This document shows positions 47,382 through 57,770 of a stretch of 64,000 nucleotides of DNA, in pieces. Source of the stretch: Candidatus Thorarchaeota archaeon (GTDB lineage: Archaea; Asgardarchaeota; Thorarchaeia; Thorarchaeales; Thorarchaeaceae); the NCBI GenBank assembly GCA_029855935.1, contig JAGSHN010000022.1, forward strand, positions 9,760-73,759, read 5' to 3'. Below the pieces are notes generated by a model. It did not search any database, was not told the origin of the DNA, and was given only the letters and a program-made list of their open reading frames with translations. Made by a program: the position numbers and the translations under genes. The first letter of the stretch is position 1. Every line of letters begins with the position of its first letter.

Positions 47382-48389
47382 TCATCCTTCAAAGAGCCGC
47401 AGGGCAAGGCCGTACGCCTCAAGAAGCTTGTCCTGCTGTCGCTCCCATACCAGATTCTTGTGAGCGAACTCCATGATCTTGCTGGGGTCGGCAGGTTCAT
47501 GTTCCGATAGAATCACAGGAATGTCCCGATATTCTCTGAAGGGAATCGTATAGGGCAGCCTACCGTGGGCCTCATAGAGGGCCTCTGTCATCAGGACTTC
47601 CAATCCGCAATTCAGATAGTCGAAGGTCTTTGCGGAATTGGAGTACTTGGTATACGGGGTTGTCTTGAATGGCAACAGCCCGTAGCGATACTCTGTGAGT
47701 CTCAGATACAGCTCCCGTCTGTCCAGCCCGTGTAGGACATGAAACTTGACGAAGTCTGTCAGCCCGGTCATGTCCCGGTGAGCTGCGAAACGTCTTCTGA
47801 TGAAATCGGAACCGATGTACGCGATTCCGTGCCGATTTCTATTGACAGGTAGTTCGCGGACCTCACGTAGGAGAGGGTAGTTGTGTAGTACGTAGACGTG
47901 ACGACAATAGCGCCGGTGCTCCTGGGCAATTCTCTCACTCACAGTGACTGTGACATGCTTAGAGAGAATGTCCCGCTCCCAGAAGGGAATCAAATGAACA
48001 AAGGGTCTGACTGTGATTGACTGTCGACCAGCTAGAGCGAGTAGGGAGTACCTCTGCTTGCTCCAATACTCGTGATCGTCGTAGACCATAGGAACAGACA
48101 GACCAGACGTGAAATGACCCGCTATGATGTCGTTGGCGTGTACAAGGTCAGGATCGATTCGCGAGATTGCCTTGCGCCAGGCTCTTCTGAAGGGCCAGTC
48201 GAAGACGACCTGCAGGTAGTTTATGCGAGGCAGCATAATCACGCCACGGAAGACATCTAGGGACGGCCTGCCAGTTCGGCCAATACCGAGAAAGTACACA
48301 TCGTGACCGTTCTGGCGTGCAACAAAGGCAGCGCGCTCAATCCTCTGGTCGGGCAGACCGCTGTGGCTTGCATACAGAACTCTCATCAA
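47382..48389 (-). CDS. GT4-like glycosyltransferase (paralog A)
   Basis: DQRIERAA, PDLVHAND, YDDHEYW, NSAKTFDYLNCGL. Confidence 0.78.
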   Translation of the reverse strand: MMRVLYASHSGLPDQRIERAAFVARQNGHDVYFLGIGRTGRPSLDVFRGVIMLPRINYLQVVFDWPFRRAWRKAISRIDPDLVHANDIIAGHFTSGLSVPMVYDDHEYWSKQRYSLLALAGRQSITVRPFVHLIPFWERDILSKHVTVTVSERIAQEHRRYCRHVYVLHNYPLLREVRELPVNRNRHGIAYIGSDFIRRRFAAHRDMTGLTDFVKFHVLHGLDRRELYLRLTEYRYGLLPFKTTPYTKYSNSAKTFDYLNCGLEVLMTEALYEAHGRLPYTIPFREYRDIPVILSEHEPADPSKIMEFAHKNLVWERQQDKLLEAYGLALRLFEG

Positions 48390-48701
48390 TCAATCCCACT
48401 TGGCAGACATTTCTCGCCAATCAGGTGCGAGCCTGAACCAATTTGCCAGACATATAGTAGTTGCGGTCCCAAACTCGCCTGCGAAGCACCAGTAGCGCCG
48501 ACGAGAGAAATGCGCTATTTGGCCGAGGAAGATGGTGTGTCCCCAATCGCCCGCCCATTCTCCGAGGTAGCATCTCAGATGTCATAAGGGACACCACTCG
48601 GATAGAGAGGACGGCACGACCATTTTCTCGCCGGACAAGTTGTGACGCTTGGTAACAGTTATAACCTTCGAGAGGTCCACCGCGGGACTTGGTGCCTAGG
48701 G

Positions 48702-50009
48702 TTGGACACATCAGGAAAGCGACTTGTTGTTGTCGGGCTTGGATACGTCGGGGTTCCTGTTGCAGCCAAGTTTGCTGAGGCAGGGCTTCAGGTGACAGGA
48801 ATTGATATTGTCGAGAGAAAGGTTGAGCTGATCAACAAGGGGACTTGCCCATTCACTGGGGATGAACCGGGACTGGCAGACCTTCTGGAAAAGATGGTCA
48901 GGAATGGCAGGCTGAATGCCACGACAGACTACTCGGTCATACAACACGCGGACTACGTCCTGATTGTTGTGGAAACACCCTTTGACCTCAGAAGCCGTGA
49001 ACCATACTACAAGGCGCTACGGTCGGCCTGCAAGAGCATTGGGAAGAATCTAAGATCAGGGACCCTTGTGGTCGTGGAGTCGACAGTCGCACCCGGCACC
49101 ACCAACAACATCGTCCGACCAATCTTGGAGGCGGAGTCAGGTCTGAAGGCGGGCGAAGACTTCTTTCTGGCGACCGCGCCTGAGCGCGTGATGCCAGGCA
49201 AGCTTCTTCACAACATCACGTATCTCGACAGAAACATTGGGGGAATCAACCCGGAGAGTACGGGGAGAGCTCTGGAACTCTATTCTCTGATAGCCAAGGG
49301 GAACTTGCACCCTACAGACGCCATCACTGCGGAGGTTGTGAAGACCACTGAGAACGCATATCGAGATGTCCAGATAGCATTCGCAAACGAGATTGCACTG
49401 CTGTGTGAGAACATAGGCGTGGACGTATACGAGGTTCGCGAACTGGTCAACAAGCTTGAGGACAGACATATGCTGATGCCTGGAGCGGGTGTAGGGGGCC
49501 ATTGTCTCCCAAAGGACTCGTGGCTTCTGGCCTTTGGAACAAGAGGAAAGCACGAGCCGAAACTGATTGCCGTCGCCAGGGAGATAAATGACGGAATGCC
49601 CCGTCATATGTCCGAGCTCTGCGAATCGGCCCTGAGAGAGGCTGGCAGGGGGGTCTACGGCTCAAGGATAACAATTCTCGGACTCGCATATCTGAGGAAC
49701 ACAGATGACACGCGAAACTCGCCAGCATTCCCGTTGATCAAGGCACTAGAGGTACTCGGTGCCATCCCGACCGTACACGACCCATACGTGAGAGAGGCAA
49801 ACGGCATCAAGCCGCTGGCTGACCTTGATGAGGCAATAGAGGGCTCGGACTGCATTGCCATCGTCACCGAGCACAGCCAGTACTACGACCTAGACCTCGA
49901 CCACGTGAAATCGCTGATGCGAACGCCCATCATAGTCGACGGTCGAAAGGTGGTTGACAAGGAGGAATGCATCAAGAAGGGGTTCATATTCAGAGGGATT
50001 GGGCGGTAG
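48702..50009 (+). CDS. Nucleotide-sugar dehydrogenase (second WecC/WbpA-like copy)
   Basis: GLGYVGVP, ESTVAPG, PERVMPG, ENAYRDV, GGHCLPKD. TTG start at 48702 with TTATAA upstream. Confidence 0.88.
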   Translation: MDTSGKRLVVVGLGYVGVPVAAKFAEAGLQVTGIDIVERKVELINKGTCPFTGDEPGLADLLEKMVRNGRLNATTDYSVIQHADYVLIVVETPFDLRSREPYYKALRSACKSIGKNLRSGTLVVVESTVAPGTTNNIVRPILEAESGLKAGEDFFLATAPERVMPGKLLHNITYLDRNIGGINPESTGRALELYSLIAKGNLHPTDAITAEVVKTTENAYRDVQIAFANEIALLCENIGVDVYEVRELVNKLEDRHMLMPGAGVGGHCLPKDSWLLAFGTRGKHEPKLIAVAREINDGMPRHMSELCESALREAGRGVYGSRITILGLAYLRNTDDTRNSPAFPLIKALEVLGAIPTVHDPYVREANGIKPLADLDEAIEGSDCIAIVTEHSQYYDLDLDHVKSLMRTPIIVDGRKVVDKEECIKKGFIFRGIGR

Positions 50010-50045
50010 ATGCCCACCGCTGGTGCCTGAGAAAAAGACCACCGA

Positions 50046-50711
50046 CTACTGTGGAGGCCTCTGGAACCTAATGATTGTCTTTTCCTGCACAAATGCCTCT
50101 GCATACGGCACCCCTATCTGCGCTCCATAGTAGCCCATATGGGAACGAATTGCGTTGATCTCAAAGTAGCCCCTCTTCTCCACTTGGGACCTGTATGAGT
50201 GGAGCATTTCCACTTTTTCCCGCACCTCATCCTCGCTCAACGGAACATAGACGTGAGGAACGAAACCGGGACAGTTGCCCGGAATCTCATAGGCCAATAT
50301 GGTTGCATCACGCTTCAGAAAGGCTCGGAGGGTCTCCTCGGCAACGGTTCTATGATCTTGGTGAAGATCGCCCTTCCAGGTGGCCAGTATCAGGTCATAG
50401 GGCGTCTCGCGCCCAAGCCGGTATATCGTGTCCAGAATGGCCTGTCTATGCTCCGGAAATTCCCGCACCGGAAAGTCAAGAATCGTCAGGTCGTCAATTC
50501 CGAGATGCCTTGCTGCAGCCTGACATTCTTTGCGCAGGACATCAGGGGGATACTTGGATGTATCAACACTCTTCTTGCAGTCGCTGAAGACTACAGACTT
50601 TACGTGTGCTCCGGCTCGGACCAGCATCCTGACAGCCCCCCCAGCGCCGAGCTCCATGTCATCGGTGTGCGGCGACAGGACCAGTACTTCATTCACATTC
50701 CAGAACATCAT
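50046..50711 (-). CDS. PIG-L/LmbE family N-deacetylase
   Basis: SPHTDDMELGAGG, HQDH, YRSQ, YAEAF. Start trimmed to ATG 50711. Confidence 0.88.
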   Translation of the reverse strand: MMFWNVNEVLVLSPHTDDMELGAGGAVRMLVRAGAHVKSVVFSDCKKSVDTSKYPPDVLRKECQAAARHLGIDDLTILDFPVREFPEHRQAILDTIYRLGRETPYDLILATWKGDLHQDHRTVAEETLRAFLKRDATILAYEIPGNCPGFVPHVYVPLSEDEVREKVEMLHSYRSQVEKRGYFEINAIRSHMGYYGAQIGVPYAEAFVQEKTIIRFQRPPQ

Positions 50712-50908
50712 CTGTATCCAGATGCGCGGCCTTGAAGAACCAGATATCTGTTTTGCTGAGTCTCGCGTTTCGCAGTCCCAGGGCCTCACACCTCTCGAAC
50801 AAGCACTCGTGCGCCACACTGAACGCTCACGTCGGGTGGTTCTCACAAAAGGTTCATCAGAGGCTTGCTCGCCCGATAGAGCCTGTCCACGCATCGGAGA
50901 CCTATGGC

Positions 50909-51997
50909 ATGAGAGACCTGACCGTTCTTGTCACGGGAGCGACAGCGCCCGGTTTCGTGAGTATCGTGAAGGCTCTGAGGAAGAGCCGCAAGTACAGAAT
51001 GAGAATCATAGGGACAGATTTTCGCCTTCGGCCCAGTTCCTTTCACTTTGCGGACGAGGCCATCCTCTTGCCCGACAACAGGTCATCTGAGTTTGCGAAC
51101 GCACTCATAGAGGTGTGCGAGAAGAAGCACGTCGATGTTATACTGCCCATTCGGACTGACGATCAGCTTCCAATCTGCGAGAATCTGAGACAGTTCAGAG
51201 AGGTTGATACGGAACCAGCAATCGTGGTCACGAATCCCAGGCTGATGCGAACGCTACTTGACAAGAAGAAGTTGTTGGAGTACAGTTCACGTGTACTGGA
51301 CTTGGAGATCCCGCGGTTCGCGTCAGCGAGCACCCGGACAGACCTTGAGAAGGCAGTTGAGAGGTTGGGATATCCTGACAGACCAGTCGTCGTAAAACCC
51401 TCCCTGTCACAAGGAAGCCGCGGGTTCAGGATCCTCGACGCCACAAAGGACCGTCGAACACTGTTCTTTGAGGAGAAGCCAACGGGCATCTACACAACGC
51501 TGGATGACTTGGTGAGCATTGTCGGCGAGAGGTTCCCAGAGCTCCTTGTGATGGAATACCTCCCGGGAAAGGAATACACATTGGATGTCCTGTGCAGAAA
51601 GGGACGCACCTTTGCAGTAGTTCCACGTCTGAGAGTAAGAATGACGGGCGGAATAACAACTGGCGGCATAGTGGCAAAGGACGAGAACTATGAGACTCTC
51701 CACTCCACTGCCTCCGCGCTAGTCGAGGGCTTTGGAGCCTCATACAATCTTGGCATGCAGCTGAGGGAGTCCGACTCGGGGACACCGCTCTTGCTTGAGA
51801 TAAATCCTCGGCTGCAGGGCACAACAATCATCAGTGTAGCCGCGGGGGTCAACATCCCGGAACTGATGGTACAGATGGCCCTCCGCGAATACGACTACGA
51901 CACCCGCTTTGATGTGCGCTGGGGACTTGAGATGGATCGCGTCTGGTTTGAAGTCTTCCAGTTTGAGGAAAGGACGTGGGCGACTGATGACCTCTGA
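50909..51997 (+). CDS. ATP-grasp ligase
   Basis: DKKKL, PVVVKP, GSRGF, EYLPGKEYTLD, EINPRLQG. Start trimmed to ATG 50909. Confidence 0.88.
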   Translation: MRDLTVLVTGATAPGFVSIVKALRKSRKYRMRIIGTDFRLRPSSFHFADEAILLPDNRSSEFANALIEVCEKKHVDVILPIRTDDQLPICENLRQFREVDTEPAIVVTNPRLMRTLLDKKKLLEYSSRVLDLEIPRFASASTRTDLEKAVERLGYPDRPVVVKPSLSQGSRGFRILDATKDRRTLFFEEKPTGIYTTLDDLVSIVGERFPELLVMEYLPGKEYTLDVLCRKGRTFAVVPRLRVRMTGGITTGGIVAKDENYETLHSTASALVEGFGASYNLGMQLRESDSGTPLLLEINPRLQGTTIISVAAGVNIPELMVQMALREYDYDTRFDVRWGLEMDRVWFEVFQFEERTWATDDL

Positions 51998-52391
51998 TAT
52001 TGTCATACTTGATCTGGACGAGACTCTTGTCCGCAGAGATGGCTCACACGATGATCTGGCGGCCCTGCGAACTCTCAGGGAGATGGGGGTGGAGCTCTGT
52101 CTCGCGTCACGCAATGATCTGTACCACGCGGAGGACGTTCTCCAATCGTTGCAAGTCAGAGAACTCTTCAGCCTTGTGATGGCGGATTTCCGTCCCAAGT
52201 GGATTCAGGTGCGCCACATTCTCACACACTACGAAACGCGGGGACTGAGCATTGGTCGCGTGGTCTTTGTTGATGACTACGGCCCCAACGTGATGGAGGT
52301 TCGTAGGCATCTGCCAGACGTGATAGCACTGCAGTACGGAGTGGACATCAGAGAGCTGTCAGAGATTCTGGAGCAGATACGGAGTGATTGA
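51987..52391 (+). CDS. HAD-IIIC phosphatase (MDP-1/FkbH-like)
   Basis: LDLDETL, ASRN, PK, FVDD...N. Confidence 0.82.
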   Translation: MTSDIVILDLDETLVRRDGSHDDLAALRTLREMGVELCLASRNDLYHAEDVLQSLQVRELFSLVMADFRPKWIQVRHILTHYETRGLSIGRVVFVDDYGPNVMEVRRHLPDVIALQYGVDIRELSEILEQIRSD

Positions 52392-52439
52392 AGACAACGC
52401 TCATAGGAGTACTTGACGGATGAGGTACTTTGAAGGACG

Positions 52440-53462
52440 GTGGGCAACATCTTGAAGATTCTTCACGCAAGTCACAAGGGCCTCCCTGATCAGCGCATAG
52501 AACGCGCAGCCTACGTGGCTCGAAAACACGGACACCAGATCATCTTTCTTGGCATGGGCAACAAGGACCAGCCCGATCTCGATGTCTTTGATCGGATAGT
52601 GATGCTGCCCAGTATCAACAACCGTCAGGCCGTCACTGACAAGGGTGCTCGGCGGCGATGGGCTCGGGCTGTGGAGGAGATATCCCCTGACATTGTACAC
52701 GCCAATGACATCATAGCTGCAGAGTTCACACGTGCCCTAGATGTGACGATGGTCTATGACGATCACGAGTATTGGAGCGCTCAGCGCATTGTATACCAGA
52801 ACTGGCCGGCATGGAAGAGACTGGCAATTCGACCATTTCTCAAGGCAATTCCCCGCTGGGAACGGGAGATCGTCTCGCACCACGTCACCATCACAGTGAG
52901 CCAGGCAATTGCACAGGAACACAGGCGCTACGGAAAGTATGTCTTTGTACTGCAGAACTTCTGCCTCTTGGATGAGGTCAAGGACCTTCCCGTGAATCCG
53001 CAGAGGAGCGGTATCGCCTATGTCGGTGATGATTTCAGGAGAAAGAAGTTCAGCCCTCACCGGGATATGACCGGCCTGCGTGAACACGTAGAGTTCGATG
53101 ATTTCTCGGGCCTTCCACGGCGAGAACTGTACTTGAGGCTCACGGAGTACAAATACGGCCTACTACCATTCAGGACCAATCCCTACACCAGGTACTCCAA
53201 CTCGGCAAAGACGTTCGACTATCTGAACTGCGGGCTTGTTGTCTTGATGAGCCGCGGCCTCTATGACGCACACGGTGGGCTACCGTATACGGTTCCCTTC
53301 GACTCGTATGATCAAATAGGTGAGATTGTTGAGGGGTACGACGCGCCCCCGCCCGAGGAGATAATGCGCTACGCCCACGAAAACTTCGTCTGGGAGGCAC
53401 AGGAGAGGACCCTCTTTGAGGCGTACAGCACGGCTCTAGAGCTAGACGCACACCACTCTTAA
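52440..53462 (+). CDS. GT4-like glycosyltransferase (paralog B)
   Basis: Same motifs as 47382-48389 (DQRIERAA, YDDHEYWS, HRDMTGL, YSNSAKTFDYLNCGL). Confidence 0.78.
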   Translation: MGNILKILHASHKGLPDQRIERAAYVARKHGHQIIFLGMGNKDQPDLDVFDRIVMLPSINNRQAVTDKGARRRWARAVEEISPDIVHANDIIAAEFTRALDVTMVYDDHEYWSAQRIVYQNWPAWKRLAIRPFLKAIPRWEREIVSHHVTITVSQAIAQEHRRYGKYVFVLQNFCLLDEVKDLPVNPQRSGIAYVGDDFRRKKFSPHRDMTGLREHVEFDDFSGLPRRELYLRLTEYKYGLLPFRTNPYTRYSNSAKTFDYLNCGLVVLMSRGLYDAHGGLPYTVPFDSYDQIGEIVEGYDAPPPEEIMRYAHENFVWEAQERTLFEAYSTALELDAHHS

Positions 53463-53546
53463 AGACGGGCGTCGATGAACAACGGAACCGCATCCACAGT
53501 CAGTGCAGTGCCATCCTGCAGACCCAGACTATTGATGAGGCGATAT

Positions 53547-54653
53547 CTAGCTGCTCGTGGAGGAACGGTGCGAGGCAAACAGTCTTGCCATACACCACCG
53601 CACAATATCAAGAAGGACTAGAATGCCGAGTACAATGCTCGCGACTACTATACCATAGTAGGCGACCTCCCAGTTCAGAAGCTCGTCCAGAACGAAGAGG
53701 GGACGCGTCTTGTACCCGCTCCACTTGTTGTGGTAGTACTGGAATATTGTGACACCCGTGTACTCGTACAGCTTGCCCGTCAGGTCAACATGGATCTTCT
53801 GATAGTTTAGTGGGGCCAGCTTCACTGGATAGGCGAGATGATAACGCGTCCAGTTGTAGGGCAGGTCATACTTGTATAGATTCGAGGCCGCTGCAACGAC
53901 ACCAAGATTGAACACCTTTGTCAATCGCGACATATTCAACACGAGGTTCGCCTGATAGAGATGGTGAAGTGCAAATAAGAACCCATTCAGGACAAGAGGG
54001 CTACTGTAGGAGGGGTCAATGCTGGGAGGGACAATGTACTCCGGATACCAGGAGGTTCCATCGTCGAGAACCAGCAAGTCACCGCCCTGCTCAACTGGAA
54101 CCTCAAAGGAGGTCACAATCCTCTCACAGACCTCAAGCACAGACTCATCGTGGTAGATTCCGTAGTATAGGGCCAGAGCGTTGATTGCCTTTGCATCGAC
54201 CATCGAGGAGTACCATCCAACCGGCAAGTCCCAGATGGCAAAGTCGTGGAACCAATGAGTTGCGTTCTTCGGCCCGTCTTCAGTCGCAAGAACCACGTCA
54301 TCGCGATTCTCAAGAAGCCACCGTATTGTAGCGTTGAAACAGGCTGCAGCAGTAGCATTGCCGCTCATAGCCTGTTCATAGTATGATATTGCAGCATTGG
54401 CCACAACACGAGGCGCGATCTGAGGACCGACGTAGACCCCTGCCTGATAGCCGTAGTCGATGATGGGTACTCCGTCCTCTCTCCAGGAGTAGGTCCATTT
54501 ATCAAACCTCGACAGGAACCTAGTGTAGATCTGAGTTCTGAAGACCAGGAATACTGGGCTGATTGCAATCAGGAGGATGAGATAGATTGCAAGGCGTTTC
54601 AAGATTCTTGACCTGTGCTGGCGCAGGGCATTCCAAGCGCGTCTCAAGAGCAT
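53547..54653 (-). CDS. D-glucuronyl C5-epimerase family protein, membrane-anchored at both ends
   Basis: GWYSSM, WYPEY...VLNGFLFAL, WTRY, YQKIH; N- and C-terminal TM helices. Start trimmed to ATG 54653. Confidence 0.8.
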   Translation of the reverse strand: MLLRRAWNALRQHRSRILKRLAIYLILLIAISPVFLVFRTQIYTRFLSRFDKWTYSWREDGVPIIDYGYQAGVYVGPQIAPRVVANAAISYYEQAMSGNATAAACFNATIRWLLENRDDVVLATEDGPKNATHWFHDFAIWDLPVGWYSSMVDAKAINALALYYGIYHDESVLEVCERIVTSFEVPVEQGGDLLVLDDGTSWYPEYIVPPSIDPSYSSPLVLNGFLFALHHLYQANLVLNMSRLTKVFNLGVVAAASNLYKYDLPYNWTRYHLAYPVKLAPLNYQKIHVDLTGKLYEYTGVTIFQYYHNKWSGYKTRPLFVLDELLNWEVAYYGIVVASIVLGILVLLDIVRWCMARLFASHRSSTSS

Positions 54654-55033
54654 ACCGCTGGTCAAGGTGCGTGCACCGCCTCTGCCCGCCCCAATGGCAA
54701 TATAACAATTACTCGACGTGAGCAAGAGATGTCTTCCCAAGCGGAGGGGAAATGAAGGACTGTGGAGACTCCACTTCGGCGGGCTACAGCTTGCCAGTGA
54801 CACGGGCGGGGCTCGACCTCAGAATGAATTGAGGAAGCTTGGTTGCAACTTGTCCGGGGAAGCGGTCTTCTTCTCAGTGAACAGTCTGGAAACGGATACC
54901 TGGGGCTCCCTCGTCCCTGAAACAACCCAATGGAGAAACAGAGTGTGTCTCAAGAGAGGCGCACCGGTTCACCGACAGGTTTTCATTCTCCACTACCTCC
55001 CATTGCAAGTGTACGACAAGGAGGTATACATTC

Positions 55034-56101
55034 TTGGCCCGCCCGACTCCGCCCTCTGTGATTCTGATTGGCACGGAACCCGCGAGGATGACCCGTCTCC
55101 GCAGGACCTTCCATACTCTGAAGCAGGCGGGAGCAGAGGTAAGGGTCTTTGTTCCCTACTCAGGTCCACGCGGTCGGCCGCGGGTGCTGACCGGAGCGAT
55201 GAGATATCTCCTCATCACTGTTCAGATCGCACTTCTCAGAGAGGACATCTATCACTTCTACAATGTCCCCGATGTTGTCGGCCTCCCGCTGGCTCTCAAA
55301 AGAGGGGTATTTGTCTATGACGTGCGCTCGCCGTGGTTCTCCTCGATAAGGGAGACATTGGGCGGAGGCCTCCTCTCACGAGTCGCCCTGATCATCGAGT
55401 GGTTCCTCACTCGTGTAGCAGACATCGTGTTGGCAGCGTGTACGCCTCTTGCAAGACGGGCAAGACGGTGGGGTGCACGACGAGTGATCGTAGTCCCGAA
55501 CTATCCTCCTACAGACTTTGGGGCTGGAGCAGACAGAGAGGGCACACGGGCCAGACTCGGCCTAGGTGACAGTCCCACTGTGCTCTATCTGGGGAAACTG
55601 AGCAGACTCGAGGGGAGCGAACTGCTGAAAGAGATCATCCAGAGGGTGTGCAATGCTGTACCCCAGACGAAGTTTCTCATCGTGGGCGACGGACCCGCAC
55701 GCGGCTCACTGGAGAGGTTCGTTACTGAGGCTGGTCTTGAGGACAGGGTAGTGATGACGGGGTGGGTCCCTCACGAGCGCGTTGCAGACTACATAGCGGC
55801 TGCGGACATATGCCTACTGCCAAGAAGACACACAAGCTTCTCACCTTACACGTCGCCTGAGAACATTCTGAAGGCCGGGGAGTACCTTGCAATGGGCAAG
55901 CCCATAGTCGCCCCCAAGATGGGCGCATTTGCGGACTCCGACTTCCCAGTCATCCCCGCAGAACCCCAAGAGATGGCCGATGCCGTGATCCGATATCTGC
56001 GTGAACCGAGACCCGTGGAGGTCGGGGACAGGCCCACCTGGGAGGTCTCCCGGCGGCGTCTGCTGAGACTCTATGCGGAGCTCGGTGCAATACCGAAGTG
56101 A
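55034..56101 (+). CDS. GT4 family glycosyltransferase
   Basis: YDVRSPW, LYLGKL, IVGDG, GWVPHE, KAGEYLAMGKP. Confidence 0.85.
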   Translation: MARPTPPSVILIGTEPARMTRLRRTFHTLKQAGAEVRVFVPYSGPRGRPRVLTGAMRYLLITVQIALLREDIYHFYNVPDVVGLPLALKRGVFVYDVRSPWFSSIRETLGGGLLSRVALIIEWFLTRVADIVLAACTPLARRARRWGARRVIVVPNYPPTDFGAGADREGTRARLGLGDSPTVLYLGKLSRLEGSELLKEIIQRVCNAVPQTKFLIVGDGPARGSLERFVTEAGLEDRVVMTGWVPHERVADYIAAADICLLPRRHTSFSPYTSPENILKAGEYLAMGKPIVAPKMGAFADSDFPVIPAEPQEMADAVIRYLREPRPVEVGDRPTWEVSRRRLLRLYAELGAIPK

Positions 56102-56189
56102 CGACTGGTTAGGTACCGCTCGCGCCATCCGTACTCTGGCCCTCTCCGTTACTGACGGCTCAGGAGCATCGTCTGTGCCTCGACAGCGT

Positions 56190-57764
56190 CTATATCAGGC
56201 CGGCCTTCTGTGCAAACTTCCTATAGCCCTTCATCAACAGCTTGACGATGTTCAGTCGGAGATTGAACTTGATCCACTCCTCGTCCGTGGGCTCCTTGAA
56301 CAGCCGACCGAACTCGGCGGCGTAGTCGTCCTCGCTCTCGTTCTGAATGAGCCTCTCAACAGCCCCGCGCGAGAACAACAGCTCGACGTCTGGGTTCTCC
56401 GCCCTGACCGGTTGGACCTCAATGGCCGACTTGCCCGTGACCAGCACATGGAACCTGTCGCCGTCTATGTCATAGTCGATGACCGCCCCTCTCTTCAGAC
56501 CGTCAAAGATCTTGGGATGAGCACGGAGATACTCCATGAATCGTTCCTTCAGCGGGTTCTCGCCCTCCACACCGACCGCCTTCTCTCTCTCCACAAGGTA
56601 GGGCAGTACAAACGTCGGCAGGTCCACAATGTCAATCTCCTTGCCTGCGTACTTCGCTCCGTCCGTGAGCCCCCGGTGACAGAATGGGCAGGCCGTGACC
56701 AGCGTAGTCGCGCCAGTCTCCTCAGCCTCCTCAAGGCGGTTCGCAGCAACCTGGTTCGCAAGCTGTCCGTAGGTACTCTTCACGCCACCACCTGAGCCAC
56801 AGCAGTGAGCATATCTCCGATTCGTCCTCATCTCCACGAGCTCAAGGCTCCTGACTGCCTGCAGCACCCGGCGGGGAGCCTCGTAGACCTCCGCGTGACG
56901 TCCGAGATGACATGGGTCGTGATAAGTCACAACGATTGGCTCAGGTGACTCGAAGGCCACCCGGCCCTCTTGAACCAGCCTGTCGAGGTACTCAGTGATG
57001 TGCAACACCTCAAACTTGTACTTGTGGCCCTCACGCGGCATATCGATCTTCCACGTCCTGTAGCAGCCCGCACACGCGGTCACCACCGTCTTTGCGCCCG
57101 TCCTCTCAATTGCCTCGATATTGTGCCTTGTCAGCTCATCGAAATGTTCCGTATGCCCAAGACGGAGGAGAACGGACCCACAGCACCGCTCATCCTGTAG
57201 GACGGTATAGTCAACGCCTATCTTGTCCAAGAGCTCGACCGTCGTCTGCGCAATCTCCTTCTCACGATAGGCGCTCGTGCAGCCAACAAAGTAGACCACC
57301 TCTGCTTGCTCAGGCCAGTCGCGGTCACCAAAGAGCTCAAGCCTCTTCGAGGCCAGCTCTCTGTAGGGATTGCCCTCGGCCACAATGGACTCCTCTATCT
57401 CCCTGTGACGCGGCACATCGAAGCCTGCAGCCACAACATCACGACGTAGTGCCTCGACCATCTCTGGGAGACGGATGCCCTCTGCTGTGGCCATACACGC
57501 CTCCTGACAGCTCTTGCACGTGGTACACGTGTAGAGCCAGTCGACGACATCCTGATTGACCTCCAGAGCGCCATCAAGAAGGTCATTCATTATCATTATG
57601 CGGCCTCGGGATGCGTAGGCCTCAAAGCCGAGCACGTTCTTCACAGCACACGGATGGTAGACATCCCGGTGAGAGGCGACTATCTTGTCAGCGAGAGAAC
57701 AGTCACCGCATCTCGCGCACAGCCAAAGCTCGTCTTGGTACTGCTGAAGGTTTCGAAGCTCCAT
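56190..57764 (-). CDS. HdrD/GlpC-like Fe-S oxidoreductase (two 4Fe-4S motifs, two CCG domains) with extra C-terminal domain
   Basis: CARCGDC...C, CTTCKSCQEAC, FVGC, CCG, TACAGC, YHDPCHLGR, CCGSGGG, TACPFC; about 120-aa extension. Confidence 0.88.
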   Translation of the reverse strand: MELRNLQQYQDELWLCARCGDCSLADKIVASHRDVYHPCAVKNVLGFEAYASRGRIMIMNDLLDGALEVNQDVVDWLYTCTTCKSCQEACMATAEGIRLPEMVEALRRDVVAAGFDVPRHREIEESIVAEGNPYRELASKRLELFGDRDWPEQAEVVYFVGCTSAYREKEIAQTTVELLDKIGVDYTVLQDERCCGSVLLRLGHTEHFDELTRHNIEAIERTGAKTVVTACAGCYRTWKIDMPREGHKYKFEVLHITEYLDRLVQEGRVAFESPEPIVVTYHDPCHLGRHAEVYEAPRRVLQAVRSLELVEMRTNRRYAHCCGSGGGVKSTYGQLANQVAANRLEEAEETGATTLVTACPFCHRGLTDGAKYAGKEIDIVDLPTFVLPYLVEREKAVGVEGENPLKERFMEYLRAHPKIFDGLKRGAVIDYDIDGDRFHVLVTGKSAIEVQPVRAENPDVELLFSRGAVERLIQNESEDDYAAEFGRLFKEPTDEEWIKFNLRLNIVKLLMKGYRKFAQKAGLI

Positions 57765-57770
57765 TGCCAC

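Noticed and set aside
47382-53462. Invertible (phase-variable) segment bounded by the inverted GT paralogs
   Set aside because: The copies differ at many synonymous sites, there are no long perfect inverted repeats, and no recombinase is in the window.
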